Source of the DNA: Candidatus Poribacteria bacterium | GTDB taxonomy: Bacteria > Poribacteria > WGA-4E > JAJDTR01 | NCBI GenBank assembly: GCA_965222225.1 | Contig: CBDCTK010000002.1 | Span: 4,800,001-4,864,000, forward strand | Direction: 5' to 3' | DNA: 64,000 bases | Shown: in pieces, positions 42,346 to 52,604 of the stretch | Numbering within the stretch: the first letter of the stretch is position 1 | Layout of the letters: the number at the start of each line of letters is the position of its first letter | The notes under the pieces: model-generated | Database searches by the model: none | What the model saw: the letters and a program-made list of their open reading frames with translations, nothing else | Told to the model about the DNA's origin: nothing | Position numbers and translations under genes: made by a program

Positions 42346-43134
42346 ATGTCAGCAAAAGAAAAACCTGAGATAACAGACGCCTTGGACTACAGTCGTTCCT
42401 TTATGATGTGGGATGCGCCGTACAATCCCAACGATCGCCGAAAACCGGGACACATGCCTTGGGGCAACAGCGCCCGCATCCAGTTTGACGCGCGGTGCGA
42501 GTTGACCAACAACGGAACGGGCGAAACAGAGGAGGAGTACTTCCTTATCACGCCGTGTCGAACCGAGTGGATGTATCGTTCCGACACTCTATTCCAGACC
42601 CCCAACTACGAGTATTGCGGTGTCTGGTCCCGAAGCGAGTTCATCGGACTTGGCGGAGCTCAGCATCGCAAGCAAGGAAGCGGTGTACCCCAATACATCA
42701 AGGACAACTTCACCGACTTTCGACTGACCACAAAACCCTTTCCGTCCGTCCAAGTTCTCGAGAACGACGAAGAAATCATTGACGCCACGCTGAAAGATCT
42801 ACTACTCATAGGGCGAACCGAGATTCGGGACGATGCTCAGGGAATAAGCGCTGTGGTGGAATATCCCATCAAGACGATGAACATCCACCCCGAGCGGAAG
42901 CGGTTTCAAGTGGATACCGGTCCGCTACTTTTCCCGGATTTCTCGCGTACAGTGGAACGGCAGATCGAATACTTTTCAGTCGCCTTCGTCTGCTACAATA
43001 CCTTCGATCTAGCAGAGTTTGTTTTGCGTGTTCCGATTTCGGTAAACGATGCAAATACCGAAATTACTTCAGTGCTCGAATACTCAGACATTCTGCGTCT
43101 GCCAGCGAAAAACACAATCCTTGCAGTAGAGTAA
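42346..43134 (+). CDS. Hypothetical protein
   Basis: 262-aa ORF with RBS aggag and typical codon use; no family recognised. Confidence 0.7.
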   Translation: MSAKEKPEITDALDYSRSFMMWDAPYNPNDRRKPGHMPWGNSARIQFDARCELTNNGTGETEEEYFLITPCRTEWMYRSDTLFQTPNYEYCGVWSRSEFIGLGGAQHRKQGSGVPQYIKDNFTDFRLTTKPFPSVQVLENDEEIIDATLKDLLLIGRTEIRDDAQGISAVVEYPIKTMNIHPERKRFQVDTGPLLFPDFSRTVERQIEYFSVAFVCYNTFDLAEFVLRVPISVNDANTEITSVLEYSDILRLPAKNTILAVE

Positions 43135-43240
43135 TGCGTGGGGAAACGCAATGACTAGAGAATTCGCCATAAACGTCAGTTTCAAGTGCCAGATGCTTTC
43201 CACCTATTCGCATCCTCCAGACTTTGGAGGAACTTGATAA

Positions 43241-44065
43241 ATGATTATTGATACGCATCTACATGTGTGGAGCGACGACATCTCCCGCTATCCGTTTGCC
43301 GACGGTAGAACCAGTATTGAAGCTGGCTCAGTCGAACTGCTGAATAAAACCGTGGCTGAAGCGGGAGTGGACAAGGCGGTCATTGTTCAACCGATAAACT
43401 ACCTTTACGACAACCGATACGCGGCGGACTGTCTGCGCCGTTTTCCGGGTAAATTCGAGGCTATCGGATTGGTTGATCGGAATGCATACGATGCGCCGGA
43501 TCAGCTTGAACGATTAGTCGTGGAGGACGGGTTCAGCGGACTGCGGATACATCTGGCAAGACCGGATGACCCTTCAGAGTGGGCGGCACCTAAACAGAAC
43601 GCCACTTGGCAGCGGGCTGAAGAGTTAGGCTCCCTCTTCATTGTGTTTGGCTCCGCCTCCCATTTGCCCGCGGTCGAACCGATAATTCGCAGGTTTCCAA
43701 GCGTACCGGTGATTCTTGACCATATCGGAGGAGCGCCGATTGACGAAGATGAGCCGTATCCGCTCCTGAGTAACGTACTTCGAATGGCAGAATATTCCAA
43801 CGTTTATGTGAAGTTTACGCCGCAAGCGGATCAGTCGAGCCTGCCGTACCCGCATGAGGATTCGTTTCAGACGTATCGCCGGATATATGACGTTTTCGGT
43901 CCCGAACGTTTGATGTGGGGCACGAACTTTCCCTTGGTTTTTCAGAAAATCGGGTACCTCCCCTCGCTAGAACTTTTTCGGACGCATCTCGATTTCCTGA
44001 CTGACGAAGACAGAGAATGGCTATTCAGCAAAACAGCGTTGAAGTTGTGGAAATTTGACGATTGA
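43241..44065 (+). CDS. Amidohydrolase_2 family protein (lactonase-like)
   Basis: IIDTHLHVW, ILDHIG, FGPERLMWGTNFP. Confidence 0.9.
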   Translation: MIIDTHLHVWSDDISRYPFADGRTSIEAGSVELLNKTVAEAGVDKAVIVQPINYLYDNRYAADCLRRFPGKFEAIGLVDRNAYDAPDQLERLVVEDGFSGLRIHLARPDDPSEWAAPKQNATWQRAEELGSLFIVFGSASHLPAVEPIIRRFPSVPVILDHIGGAPIDEDEPYPLLSNVLRMAEYSNVYVKFTPQADQSSLPYPHEDSFQTYRRIYDVFGPERLMWGTNFPLVFQKIGYLPSLELFRTHLDFLTDEDREWLFSKTALKLWKFDD

Positions 44066-44326
44066 AAATCGCAGAATGCTCCCTTTACAACTCGCGGAGT
44101 GACGGGATAGACAGCGAATTTTAAACCTCAATGCTGGCTTACCATGACATCGTGCTTTGTCGATGTTCCCGTGTACTTTGAGGAGTAGCATTCAATGAAT
44201 CAAGTCGGTCAGTCAAGAGCGCCTGCATATAATCGTGGTGAAGTGGAACCTCGCTGTTTTTCGGGACACCATCTGGTATCCTTTTCCTATTCTATAGATG
44301 AGGCGATAAGCAAACAACAGTAGGCT

Positions 44327-45088
44327 ATGGAACTTTTAAACATCCTCACGGTAGGAGTTGTCATCGGTTTTGCCGCGTTGATACAGAGCGCCGTGGGGTT
44401 TGGGTTCCTGCTGTTCGCCACTCCCCTTATTCTGTGGATTGGTTTCCCGCTGCCTGCCGTCGTCACACTGGTATCAACGTGCTCTACCGTACAAGCGGCG
44501 TTCGGCGCCCGGCATCTCCGTGCCTCAGTGCCTTGGCGTTTGACCTTGACGGCGACTATGGTTCGCTTAATCGCCGTGGTCATCGGTTTGTTCTTGCTGA
44601 AGAAGATCGTTGACCTAGATGTGAACTATATCAAGTTAGTGGTAGGCAGCATCGTTGGTCTAATCGTCATCGTCAAGCTCGCTTGCCGGCCACGACCTGT
44701 TGAAAAGGCGCATTGGGGGTGGGCAGGGCTTGCATTCGTTGTAAGTGGATTGCTCTCCGGTATTTGCGGCATCGGTGGTCCTCCGTTGGTGATATGGTCT
44801 ACGGTGCAAAACTGGCCCACAAACAAAATACGAGCTTTCCTTTTTGCAGTCCTTGCTATATCAACCCCGGTACAGATTGTTCTTTTGGGTATGACGTTTG
44901 GCGTTGAACTCTTCAAGTATGTTGCCATCGGCATCGCGTTTTTCCCAGTCGCTTATTTGGGATACAGCGTAGGCCTCCCCATCGGGAATCGCATGCGTAA
45001 AAAGCGCCATCGTCTGATAGCGGACCTCATACTGTTGCTCGTCGCCGTCAGCACGGTGCTGGGAGCGGTGCTCGCAAAATTAGGTTAG
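44327..45088 (+). CDS. TauE/SafE sulfite exporter family protein
   Basis: QSAVGFGF, SGLLSGICGIGGPPLV. Confidence 0.88.
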   Translation: MELLNILTVGVVIGFAALIQSAVGFGFLLFATPLILWIGFPLPAVVTLVSTCSTVQAAFGARHLRASVPWRLTLTATMVRLIAVVIGLFLLKKIVDLDVNYIKLVVGSIVGLIVIVKLACRPRPVEKAHWGWAGLAFVVSGLLSGICGIGGPPLVIWSTVQNWPTNKIRAFLFAVLAISTPVQIVLLGMTFGVELFKYVAIGIAFFPVAYLGYSVGLPIGNRMRKKRHRLIADLILLLVAVSTVLGAVLAKLG

Positions 45089-45177
45089 CACCGTGTAAAC
45101 TTAACGCAAGAGTACTGTAGATATGGCGCTATTACACACTGACCCCATGTTCTATTGAGGCAGCACCTCAGACGTGA

Positions 45178-46064
45178 GAGCCTGTTTGAAAAGTCATTTG
45201 ATTCGATTTCGCATCAAGTAAATGGAAGCGATGTAAACCATAGTTTCAGCGGTCTTAGGATAGCGTTCATAGTCCAAAGTCAATCGACGAAACCAACCAA
45301 ACCAAGAAAATGTGCGCTCAACAATCCATCGTAACGGAACAACCTCAAACCCCTGTTGCCCTAGCGTAGGTGCAATCTCCAGTTGACACTGATGAGCCAG
45401 ATATAACCAGTCTTCTAATTCGCCACGATAGGCAGCATCGGCACACACCAACTGAATCGTTATGTACCAACTAAAGACTTCTGTTAGTAGTTCAATAGCT
45501 ATCTGATTATCACTCACATTGGCGTCAGTGACCTTGGCCATCAATGGAATACCCGTCGTATCCGTGACTAGATGTCGTTTGCGTCCTTTGACCTTCTTGT
45601 GACCATCAAACCCTCTAGTCGTTGCCAGTTCAGTCGTCTTAACTGATTGACTGTCAATGATAGCTACTGTCGGTGATGGTTCTTTGCCACCATCACGACG
45701 TGTTTGTTCATGAAGTCACTGATGAATCAAGAGCCATGTATCGTCGGCTTTCCACTTTCTTAAATGGTAATAGACAGTTTGCCACGGTGGCATATCATGG
45801 GGTAGCATTCGCCACTGGCACCCTGACTTGACGACATAAAAGATGGCGTTGATGATTAAGCACATCTCCCACTTGAGAGGTCTGCCTAAGGGTTGAGGTG
45901 TTGGCAAAAATGATGACAGTTTCTTGCACTGTGCATCGGTCAAATCGCTGGGATAACTCTTGCGGTTTATGTTTACTCCTTTCATTGGTTCAGAATTAAC
46001 TGCTCCAATGAGTAAACGTAAACATCAACCGTTCGGACAACTTTTTTCTTTTTCAAACAGGCTC
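45178..46064 (-). mobile_element. IS5-family insertion sequence (IS1031-like), 887 bp
   Basis: TIRs gagcctgtttgaaaa / ttttcaaacaggctc; 3-bp TGA duplication on both sides. Confidence 0.9.
45194..45985 (-). pseudogene. IS5-family DDE transposase with one in-frame TGA
   Basis: YPSDLTD, GCQWRMLP, stop at 45716-45718, then IIDSQSVK, KVKGRKRH, ADAAY, RWIVERTFSW in the same frame. Confidence 0.88.
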
Positions 46065-46110
46065 TGAGATTATTCCTCACTAATCAATCAAAAGCAGGTA
46101 ACTCGAGAAA

Positions 46111-47103
46111 ATGGAAAAGAATCTCAGTCCAAATCGCCCTATGCGTTGGGCGCTAATCGGTTGCGGGGGTGCCGGCAAGTCGCACGCTCAGTGGGCGTCG
46201 TCTACACCAGGCGTCGTGATACGCGGTTTTTCCGACGCTCGAGCCGACGCCGCGCGACGTTTTCACGGAGAATACGGGGGCGAGTACCACACCACAGACC
46301 CTGTGCGTATCTTTGCCGATCCCGCAGTAGATATCGTATCAATTGCAACCTCCCATAGCTCCCACGCCGATCTGGCGGTTGCCGCCCTACATGCGAAGAA
46401 ACACGTCTTTTTGGAGAAGCCTATGGCAATGACCACAGTCGATTGTCTCCGTATTAACGAGGCAATGAAGGTCGCCGGTACGAAACTCATGATTGACTTC
46501 TCGATTCGTTTCAGCGGCGCGACACAAGCGATTAAACGCCGCCTTAAAGCCTCGAAGGTGAGCCATGGTCAATGTATGGTGGCAAGAGCGGACCTGAGCC
46601 GATGGCAATGGGATTCAAAAGAAGGGGGAGGACCTCTTTTTGATGTTGGTGTTCATGCCTTAGATCTCCTCTGTTGGATGCACGACTCAAATCCGATCGA
46701 AGTCCATGCCACGGGAGGAAGGGTAACCCATCCCGACGAATTGCAAGGCACGGAGGTGGTGGACACAGCCGCTGCAGCCCTGCGATTTGCGAACGGTTCA
46801 GTAGCGACCTTCCTGATGAGTGATGCCGGCAGGAACACAATGGTTTCCAAATGGTTCTTCGAGTTCTTTGACGGAGAACAGTCGGCAGTGCTCTATGAGC
46901 ATTTCAAGAAGGTCACTTTCGGCGATGGTGAAACTCTTTCGCCGCCCCCGCTCGAACGTTTGCCACGGCTCGTGGAAGCCATTCGTAACGATACCGAACC
47001 GTACGTGCCGGCTCGCGCCGGCATACTATCCACCTTATTGGTCGAGAAAATTACCGCGTCAATTCAAACTGGACTGCCTCAGAGAATTGAAATTCCATTC
47101 TGA
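46111..47103 (+). CDS. Gfo/Idh/MocA oxidoreductase
   Basis: IGCGGAG, LEKPMA, DVGVHALD. Confidence 0.9.
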   Translation: MEKNLSPNRPMRWALIGCGGAGKSHAQWASSTPGVVIRGFSDARADAARRFHGEYGGEYHTTDPVRIFADPAVDIVSIATSHSSHADLAVAALHAKKHVFLEKPMAMTTVDCLRINEAMKVAGTKLMIDFSIRFSGATQAIKRRLKASKVSHGQCMVARADLSRWQWDSKEGGGPLFDVGVHALDLLCWMHDSNPIEVHATGGRVTHPDELQGTEVVDTAAAALRFANGSVATFLMSDAGRNTMVSKWFFEFFDGEQSAVLYEHFKKVTFGDGETLSPPPLERLPRLVEAIRNDTEPYVPARAGILSTLLVEKITASIQTGLPQRIEIPF

Positions 47104-47195
47104 TGTGCTCGGCGTCAGAGAAAGAGTGCATGACAGAACTTCGCCCAAACATGAAATATGACTTTTTCGGCACAAGAAGATATGATGTTCCAACA

Positions 47196-47365
47196 TGTTA
47201 GCTAACGCAAGTCGCTACCTATGACAGAGAAACCGAGTTTTTGGTTCAAGTTCACTAAATTATAGGTAAATTGGTCTGATTTTCGTCAATCTCGTGGTTC
47301 CACATCGGAAAAACTCGGTTTCTGTGCTCCTGTCGGACAAAGGTGGCAACTTGGTTTAGCTAACA
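47196..47365. repeat. MITE/REP-like element with nested inverted repeats
   Basis: tgttagctaacgcaagtcgctacc ... ggtggcaacttggtttagctaaca enclosing agaaaccgagttttt / aaaaactcggtttct. Confidence 0.6.
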
Positions 47366-47420
47366 AATCTATTTCCATACCCCCGTAGCCGCACACCTTC
47401 CACCTTGTAAGAAAGGCTAA

Positions 47421-48263
47421 TTGATGAAAATCGGTTATTCGACTTGGGGAATGCCTACCCTACCCATTGATACTGTCCTAGAGCATCTCGCCGCTCTCGG
47501 GTTCAACGGGGTCGAGCTCACCGTCATTCCGGGTTTTAGTACGGAACTCGATACGTTGGATTCTGCGGAGCGTAAGCGTATCCGTCAGCTATTAGATCGA
47601 CACGGCTTAGATTTGCCCGCCGTTGCCGCGCATCAACCCATGCTTTCTACGGAGGATGACGTACATGCCGAGAATTGGAGGCGTCTGACCGCGAGTGCGG
47701 GCCTCTGCGTTGACCTTGCTGGCACAGATGGTGTACCGGTGTTGAATACCACATTGGGGAGCAATCCGAATGAGTGGAACTCCCAGCAAAATTTGATTCT
47801 TGAGCGGGTTGGTGCGTTAGTGGATTACTGCACTTCCCGTGAGGTGGTTCTTGCCATTGAGCCGCATGTCGGCGATGGATTAAATTCCCCGGAAAGGTCC
47901 TTGTGGTTGCTTGAAGAAATCAATTCAGCCTATCTAAAACTCAACTTCGACATAAGCCACTTCGAGGTTCAAGGTATGTCCACCGCCCAGGTTGTGCAGC
48001 TTTTGGCTCCGCACTCCGCCCACACCCATGTGAAAGACCAGCGTGGACTGGTACCGGATTATGAATTTCTCATACCGGGCGAAGGTCCTTTTGATTTCGT
48101 GGAATATCTCAAATTGATGCAGAAGGCTGGATACGACGATTACATCACCGCTGAAGTCAGTATGCAGGTGCAAGGACGGCCGGATTACGACCCGTTAGAG
48201 GCGGCAGAGTTGACGTATCGCACGTTGAACAGTGTCTTCCGGGAAACGGGAATCAGCCGGTAA
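47421..48263 (+). CDS. Sugar phosphate isomerase/epimerase (xylose isomerase-like TIM barrel)
   Basis: GFNGVEL, LAIEPH, NFDISHF, HTHVKD, PGEG, ITAE. Confidence 0.88.
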   Translation: MMKIGYSTWGMPTLPIDTVLEHLAALGFNGVELTVIPGFSTELDTLDSAERKRIRQLLDRHGLDLPAVAAHQPMLSTEDDVHAENWRRLTASAGLCVDLAGTDGVPVLNTTLGSNPNEWNSQQNLILERVGALVDYCTSREVVLAIEPHVGDGLNSPERSLWLLEEINSAYLKLNFDISHFEVQGMSTAQVVQLLAPHSAHTHVKDQRGLVPDYEFLIPGEGPFDFVEYLKLMQKAGYDDYITAEVSMQVQGRPDYDPLEAAELTYRTLNSVFRETGISR

Positions 48264-48751
48264 GTATTTTAACGAACGAAAAAGCGGTACCATGGGTGAA
48301 CTGAAGATGTCGTTGACATCATTGATACTAGCAGAGAAACTCAAGTGGATATTCGTGAAGTGCTAATCAGCACTTGACATTTTGTAAGTACACTGTCAAT
48401 GAGAATGAACTGGTCGAAATAATGTAGGAGTTACACTCTTCAGTTTGCAGTAGTGAATTCGTTGTGCGTGAAGGCGGATTATGAATTGCTTCGCTACAAG
48501 CCCAAGAATTAATTGTAGTTGCCCAATCCATCGGAGGTTAGAAATTAAGTTCCGCAGTAGGAAATCGCCACACACAGAGCTATGAGCGTTCAACTGCTTA
48601 AGTTTTATAGTGATGGCTCACATACGTTTTGATTCCTCATTGAACAATATTGTCTTGCCCAGAAATGGATACTGGTTTGGGCTCTCTGCCAAAATTTGAT
48701 TTCACTCAACGTCGCTTAAATCAACTTACGCAAATGGAAGGATATAAAAAT

Positions 48752-49366
48752 ATGTCGGATGAAGAACGCGTTATTGTGGATGATGAATATGTCATTAATG
48801 AGTTGGAAAGTTTATCGTCACTATTTGTTGAGTGGGACGAATCCTGGGTTGACGACTATTTTGGACTTTCTATTAGCACTATTATTGACCCTCTTTCTGA
48901 CCAATTTATAGTCTCGTCATCTCTTCTTGGGTTAAAGGCGGAAGATAAGACAGAGGCACATGCTATGTTGACTTGTTTGTGTGTCAAGTATTTGGTGTGT
49001 CGTCAACGCTTGAGTTTTGCGCGCTCCCGTCTTGGACTACGTGATAATCCTCTGGATGCCGAATTATGTGAGGTGTATGAAGAAAAGCTACGTGAGATGT
49101 ATGAAGTGATTGATCGTAAAATGTATGATGTAATTAAGCGTGGAATACGAGATTTCCCCCCAGGCAAACGATGTCGTCCACAATGGGCGTCTAAGTATCC
49201 AAGATGGGTGGTAAACATGAGTTACAAGGTTTGGCGTTATTGGGCATTTCGTTTTGGCTGGCCGGGATTGATGTCTAAGGTTCGAAACGTAATCTGGCGA
49301 TATAAAATTCGATATGCACGTCCAGGGAGTATTAGTTCGGACTATAGGACGTGGCGGGAAATATGA
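48752..49366 (+). CDS. Hypothetical protein, low GC
   Basis: RBS ggaagg before ATG 48752; acidic N-terminus, basic aromatic C-terminus. Confidence 0.5.
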   Translation: MSDEERVIVDDEYVINELESLSSLFVEWDESWVDDYFGLSISTIIDPLSDQFIVSSSLLGLKAEDKTEAHAMLTCLCVKYLVCRQRLSFARSRLGLRDNPLDAELCEVYEEKLREMYEVIDRKMYDVIKRGIRDFPPGKRCRPQWASKYPRWVVNMSYKVWRYWAFRFGWPGLMSKVRNVIWRYKIRYARPGSISSDYRTWREI

Positions 49367-49486
49367 TTTCGTCTGACTCACTTTGGAGGTTTATAGTATT
49401 ATAACCCAGCGTTCTCTCCTACAACATTGTTCAAGTTCTCCAAAATGGATTGTCCTTAAATCTGTCACACATCACGGTGAAAATCT

Positions 49487-50530
49487 ATGAAACCACAATT
49501 TCGTGCTTGCATTGTTGGATGCGGACGCATGGGCGGCACCATTGACGAGGAGGTAAGCCGCGGACCGAATGCGATTCTTCTACCTTACTCTCATGCAGCG
49601 GGTTATACGGCATGCGAGCGGACGACAATCGTTGCCGCTGCGGATGTTGTTGAGGAGAAACTGGAGCGCGTCTGCTCAAAATGGAATATCCCCACGAGGT
49701 ACACGGACTATCGTGAGATGATTGAGAAAGAGGCGCCGGATATCGTCAGCATCGCAACCCGTCCGGGAAATCACGCCGAAATCACTGCCTTTGCCGCAGA
49801 ACACGGCGTGAAAGGAATCTACTGCGACAAACCCCTCTGCGCGTCAATGGAGGAAGCCGATGCAATGGTCGAAGTCTGCGAGAAGAATCGGGTGAAATTC
49901 AATCTGGGTACGCAACGACGATACACGCCGGGATATATGAAAATGCGTGAAATTGTTGAAAGCGGCGAGATTGGAGAGCGACGGTCGGTAATCGCCCGCG
50001 CATCCGGCGGCGCCCTTTGGGGATACACGCACGCGGCGGATATGCTGCTCTTCTTTTCCGGTGATTCCGAGGTGGAATATGTTCAGGGAAATGTGGAAGT
50101 GGAGGATTCCGACTTCGACGATAATCGTACCGAGGTCGATCCGGGTATTGTCATGGGTTACGTGAAATTCAAGAACGGTACGCACGGTGTCAGTATCCCC
50201 GGCAGCGCCTACGAATTTGAAGTCGACTGCGCTGATGGAGTGGTGCGGTCATTGAATAACGGCAACCAATTTCAGTTGCGAAAACGGACGGGAGAATTCA
50301 ATGAAATAGGGCAGGCTGATTTTCCAAGTTATGAGCGGAAGAGCGGAACGGTCGGGTGTATCGAAGATATCGTCGATGCCATTGACTCGGGCAGAGAAAC
50401 TCAAGGCAACATCCATCTGGCGCGAATCAGTACCGAAATTACCTTCGGAATCGTGGATTCACAGCGACAGAAGGGAAAGCGGGTGGCAATGCCAATGCAA
50501 AACCGAGGTTTGTATTTGGGGAGGTGGTAG
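49487..50530 (+). CDS. Gfo/Idh/MocA oxidoreductase
   Basis: IVGCGRMG, YCDKPL, THAADML. Confidence 0.9.
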   Translation: MKPQFRACIVGCGRMGGTIDEEVSRGPNAILLPYSHAAGYTACERTTIVAAADVVEEKLERVCSKWNIPTRYTDYREMIEKEAPDIVSIATRPGNHAEITAFAAEHGVKGIYCDKPLCASMEEADAMVEVCEKNRVKFNLGTQRRYTPGYMKMREIVESGEIGERRSVIARASGGALWGYTHAADMLLFFSGDSEVEYVQGNVEVEDSDFDDNRTEVDPGIVMGYVKFKNGTHGVSIPGSAYEFEVDCADGVVRSLNNGNQFQLRKRTGEFNEIGQADFPSYERKSGTVGCIEDIVDAIDSGRETQGNIHLARISTEITFGIVDSQRQKGKRVAMPMQNRGLYLGRW

Positions 50531-50744
50531 CACGCGGTTCAGGAAGCGCAATTAGTCTTCCGACTACCACTCTCTTTAACGTAATTGGGTGTAGAATGAA
50601 AAGACATGCCTGCCATTTTCAGTAACTCACTCTTGCAAAGAAGAGGCGTTTAAGACGCAATCGATTTGTCCCATCGCGCCGTGTCCTAACCGCCCTCCTA
50701 ATGTTGTGAAGTCCACCCCGAGTCAACGCTTATCTTGGAAGTCC

Positions 50745-52217
50745 CTATATGTCATGCAGTGGATACAGCTTGCGGCTCTGTTTACGGAACTGTATGTAGC
50801 CTCCGGCGGGGTCATGTGCGCTTGGTTCAGACACCACGTAAATCGCGCCCGCCCATGATTCAAAACCTTGCCGAAAATGGGCGGTAGATTTAATCCCAAG
50901 GTAGCGCATTTGTCGAGGATCTAAACCGAGCGTTCGTGGAAACGCGGTATCAAATGGCTGTTCTCGTTCGGTTACCAACAACACATGAATTCCGTCTTGT
51001 CTGATGTACGCTGACGGTCCCATGTCACCTTCCAATCCCGCCTTAATGGGCCCATCATAATAGAAACGACCGTCAGAGAGGGCGACCACTTCAACTGTCA
51101 TGGTTACGGGTTTCCCCTGAAGCGGAGACGCCTTTCCACCGACATCAAGAGTCACTTTTGCCCCAACGCCAGCCTGTTTACACACCTCCACCGCTTCAGG
51201 ATCGACAATGTAAAGGATGCAGGCATCCCCCAATCCGGCATCAATAAATGTCTGTAACATACCTGTGCTGTCACCGGGCGTACCACCGCCGGTATTGTCG
51301 TTTCTATCGGCAAACATCACCGGGTATTTCCCTTGGGATTCGGCTTCGACTAGCACCTCGCGAGTTGAAGGCATCGGGATGTGCCAATCTGCCCGACGTT
51401 CCCAAATCCATGCTCCCAATTCATCGGCGTACCGCTGCGCCAAATCTTGATTGTTATCAGTAACAATGTAAACCGACGCTCCCAAATCCGGAATGTCAGC
51501 CAATGGATAGCAGGTTGCTATTGAACCGCAAATCACTTCCGGCTGCGCCTCGATTCTGTGTAATTCGGCGATGGCTTCGCGCATTGGAGAATGGGCTGTG
51601 ACTTGATTCACTCCCCAAACAAGCGGAATCTGGTGCAGAGCCATCGTAGGACTTATGCCATCGCGCAGAATGCGCACCAAGACATCCGCACATTCTCGGC
51701 TCCTTGCCGCCTGATCGATTTCCGGGTAAGTTTCCCGTCCAATTAACACATCAGCCATTTCAATCATGCGATGTGAAACGTTGCTATGAATATCCAACTG
51801 AGCGAGAATGGGCACTTCCGAACCAACCAACTCCCGCACCGCGCCGAGGATATGCCCTTCGCCATCATCAATTCCTTCCTCCACCATCGCACCATGTAGC
51901 TCTAGGAGTACCCCGTCAATCTTGCCCGCCACAGCAATACCGCCTAGCAGATCGCCGAGAATAGTGTCGAAAATATGCCGTGGCGTTGGACCGCTGGGGT
52001 GGGCATTCGCATAGACTGTGGGAATGAGTTCGAAACCATGCTTTTCTGCTCCGTCAAGGAACCCGCCAATCGGGGTGTTGGTGCCGCGAAACTTTTCGAG
52101 AATTTCCTCGCCGCGCAAGTAGCCGAAATGTTCATCACGATAGCTTTCCCAAGTTGTGGCAACCGGGGTGAATGTGCTGGTTTCGTGACAGATTGTGCCC
52201 GTAACAACTCTCATCAA
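50745..52217 (-). CDS. M81 family metallopeptidase (MlrC-like)
   Basis: HETSTF, LHGAMV, LDIHSNVS, DNTGGG, IKSTAHFR. Confidence 0.9.
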   Translation of the reverse strand: MMRVVTGTICHETSTFTPVATTWESYRDEHFGYLRGEEILEKFRGTNTPIGGFLDGAEKHGFELIPTVYANAHPSGPTPRHIFDTILGDLLGGIAVAGKIDGVLLELHGAMVEEGIDDGEGHILGAVRELVGSEVPILAQLDIHSNVSHRMIEMADVLIGRETYPEIDQAARSRECADVLVRILRDGISPTMALHQIPLVWGVNQVTAHSPMREAIAELHRIEAQPEVICGSIATCYPLADIPDLGASVYIVTDNNQDLAQRYADELGAWIWERRADWHIPMPSTREVLVEAESQGKYPVMFADRNDNTGGGTPGDSTGMLQTFIDAGLGDACILYIVDPEAVEVCKQAGVGAKVTLDVGGKASPLQGKPVTMTVEVVALSDGRFYYDGPIKAGLEGDMGPSAYIRQDGIHVLLVTEREQPFDTAFPRTLGLDPRQMRYLGIKSTAHFRQGFESWAGAIYVVSEPSAHDPAGGYIQFRKQSRKLYPLHDI

Positions 52218-52604
52218 AAGAGCCCCTCCGTGTTTTCGGTGTAGCCCGCGACATCGCGGTTAGCGCCATTATATGTCAATTTAACAGGTAGATTCAAGGA
52301 TGAATTTGGGTTGACGCCCCACGAAAAAAATTGATAAGATAGTCTCAAACAGGAATTTGGAAACGCAAGATGATGTAATTGGCAAAGCGGTACTGTTGAA
52401 CGATTGAGAAGAGAGACGAATGCTAGACCGGAACGTATTTTTCGGAGGACTCACACGAAAGATTATTTGACTTGATTGTTACGCGCAGACGCCAAAATAT
52501 GTTCCCGGCACGAGATGAAGTATGTCTGTATCAGCATTTGATTCCGCCATCTGCCTGCGCCAGTGGGAAACCTATATGAGGAACACTGTTAGGAACAACC
52601 TCAA

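Noticed and set aside
45716-45718. TGA in the transposase as selenocysteine or programmed frameshift
   Set aside because: Both halves are in the same frame, the position is not a catalytic Cys and I see no SECIS; a nonsense mutation is more likely
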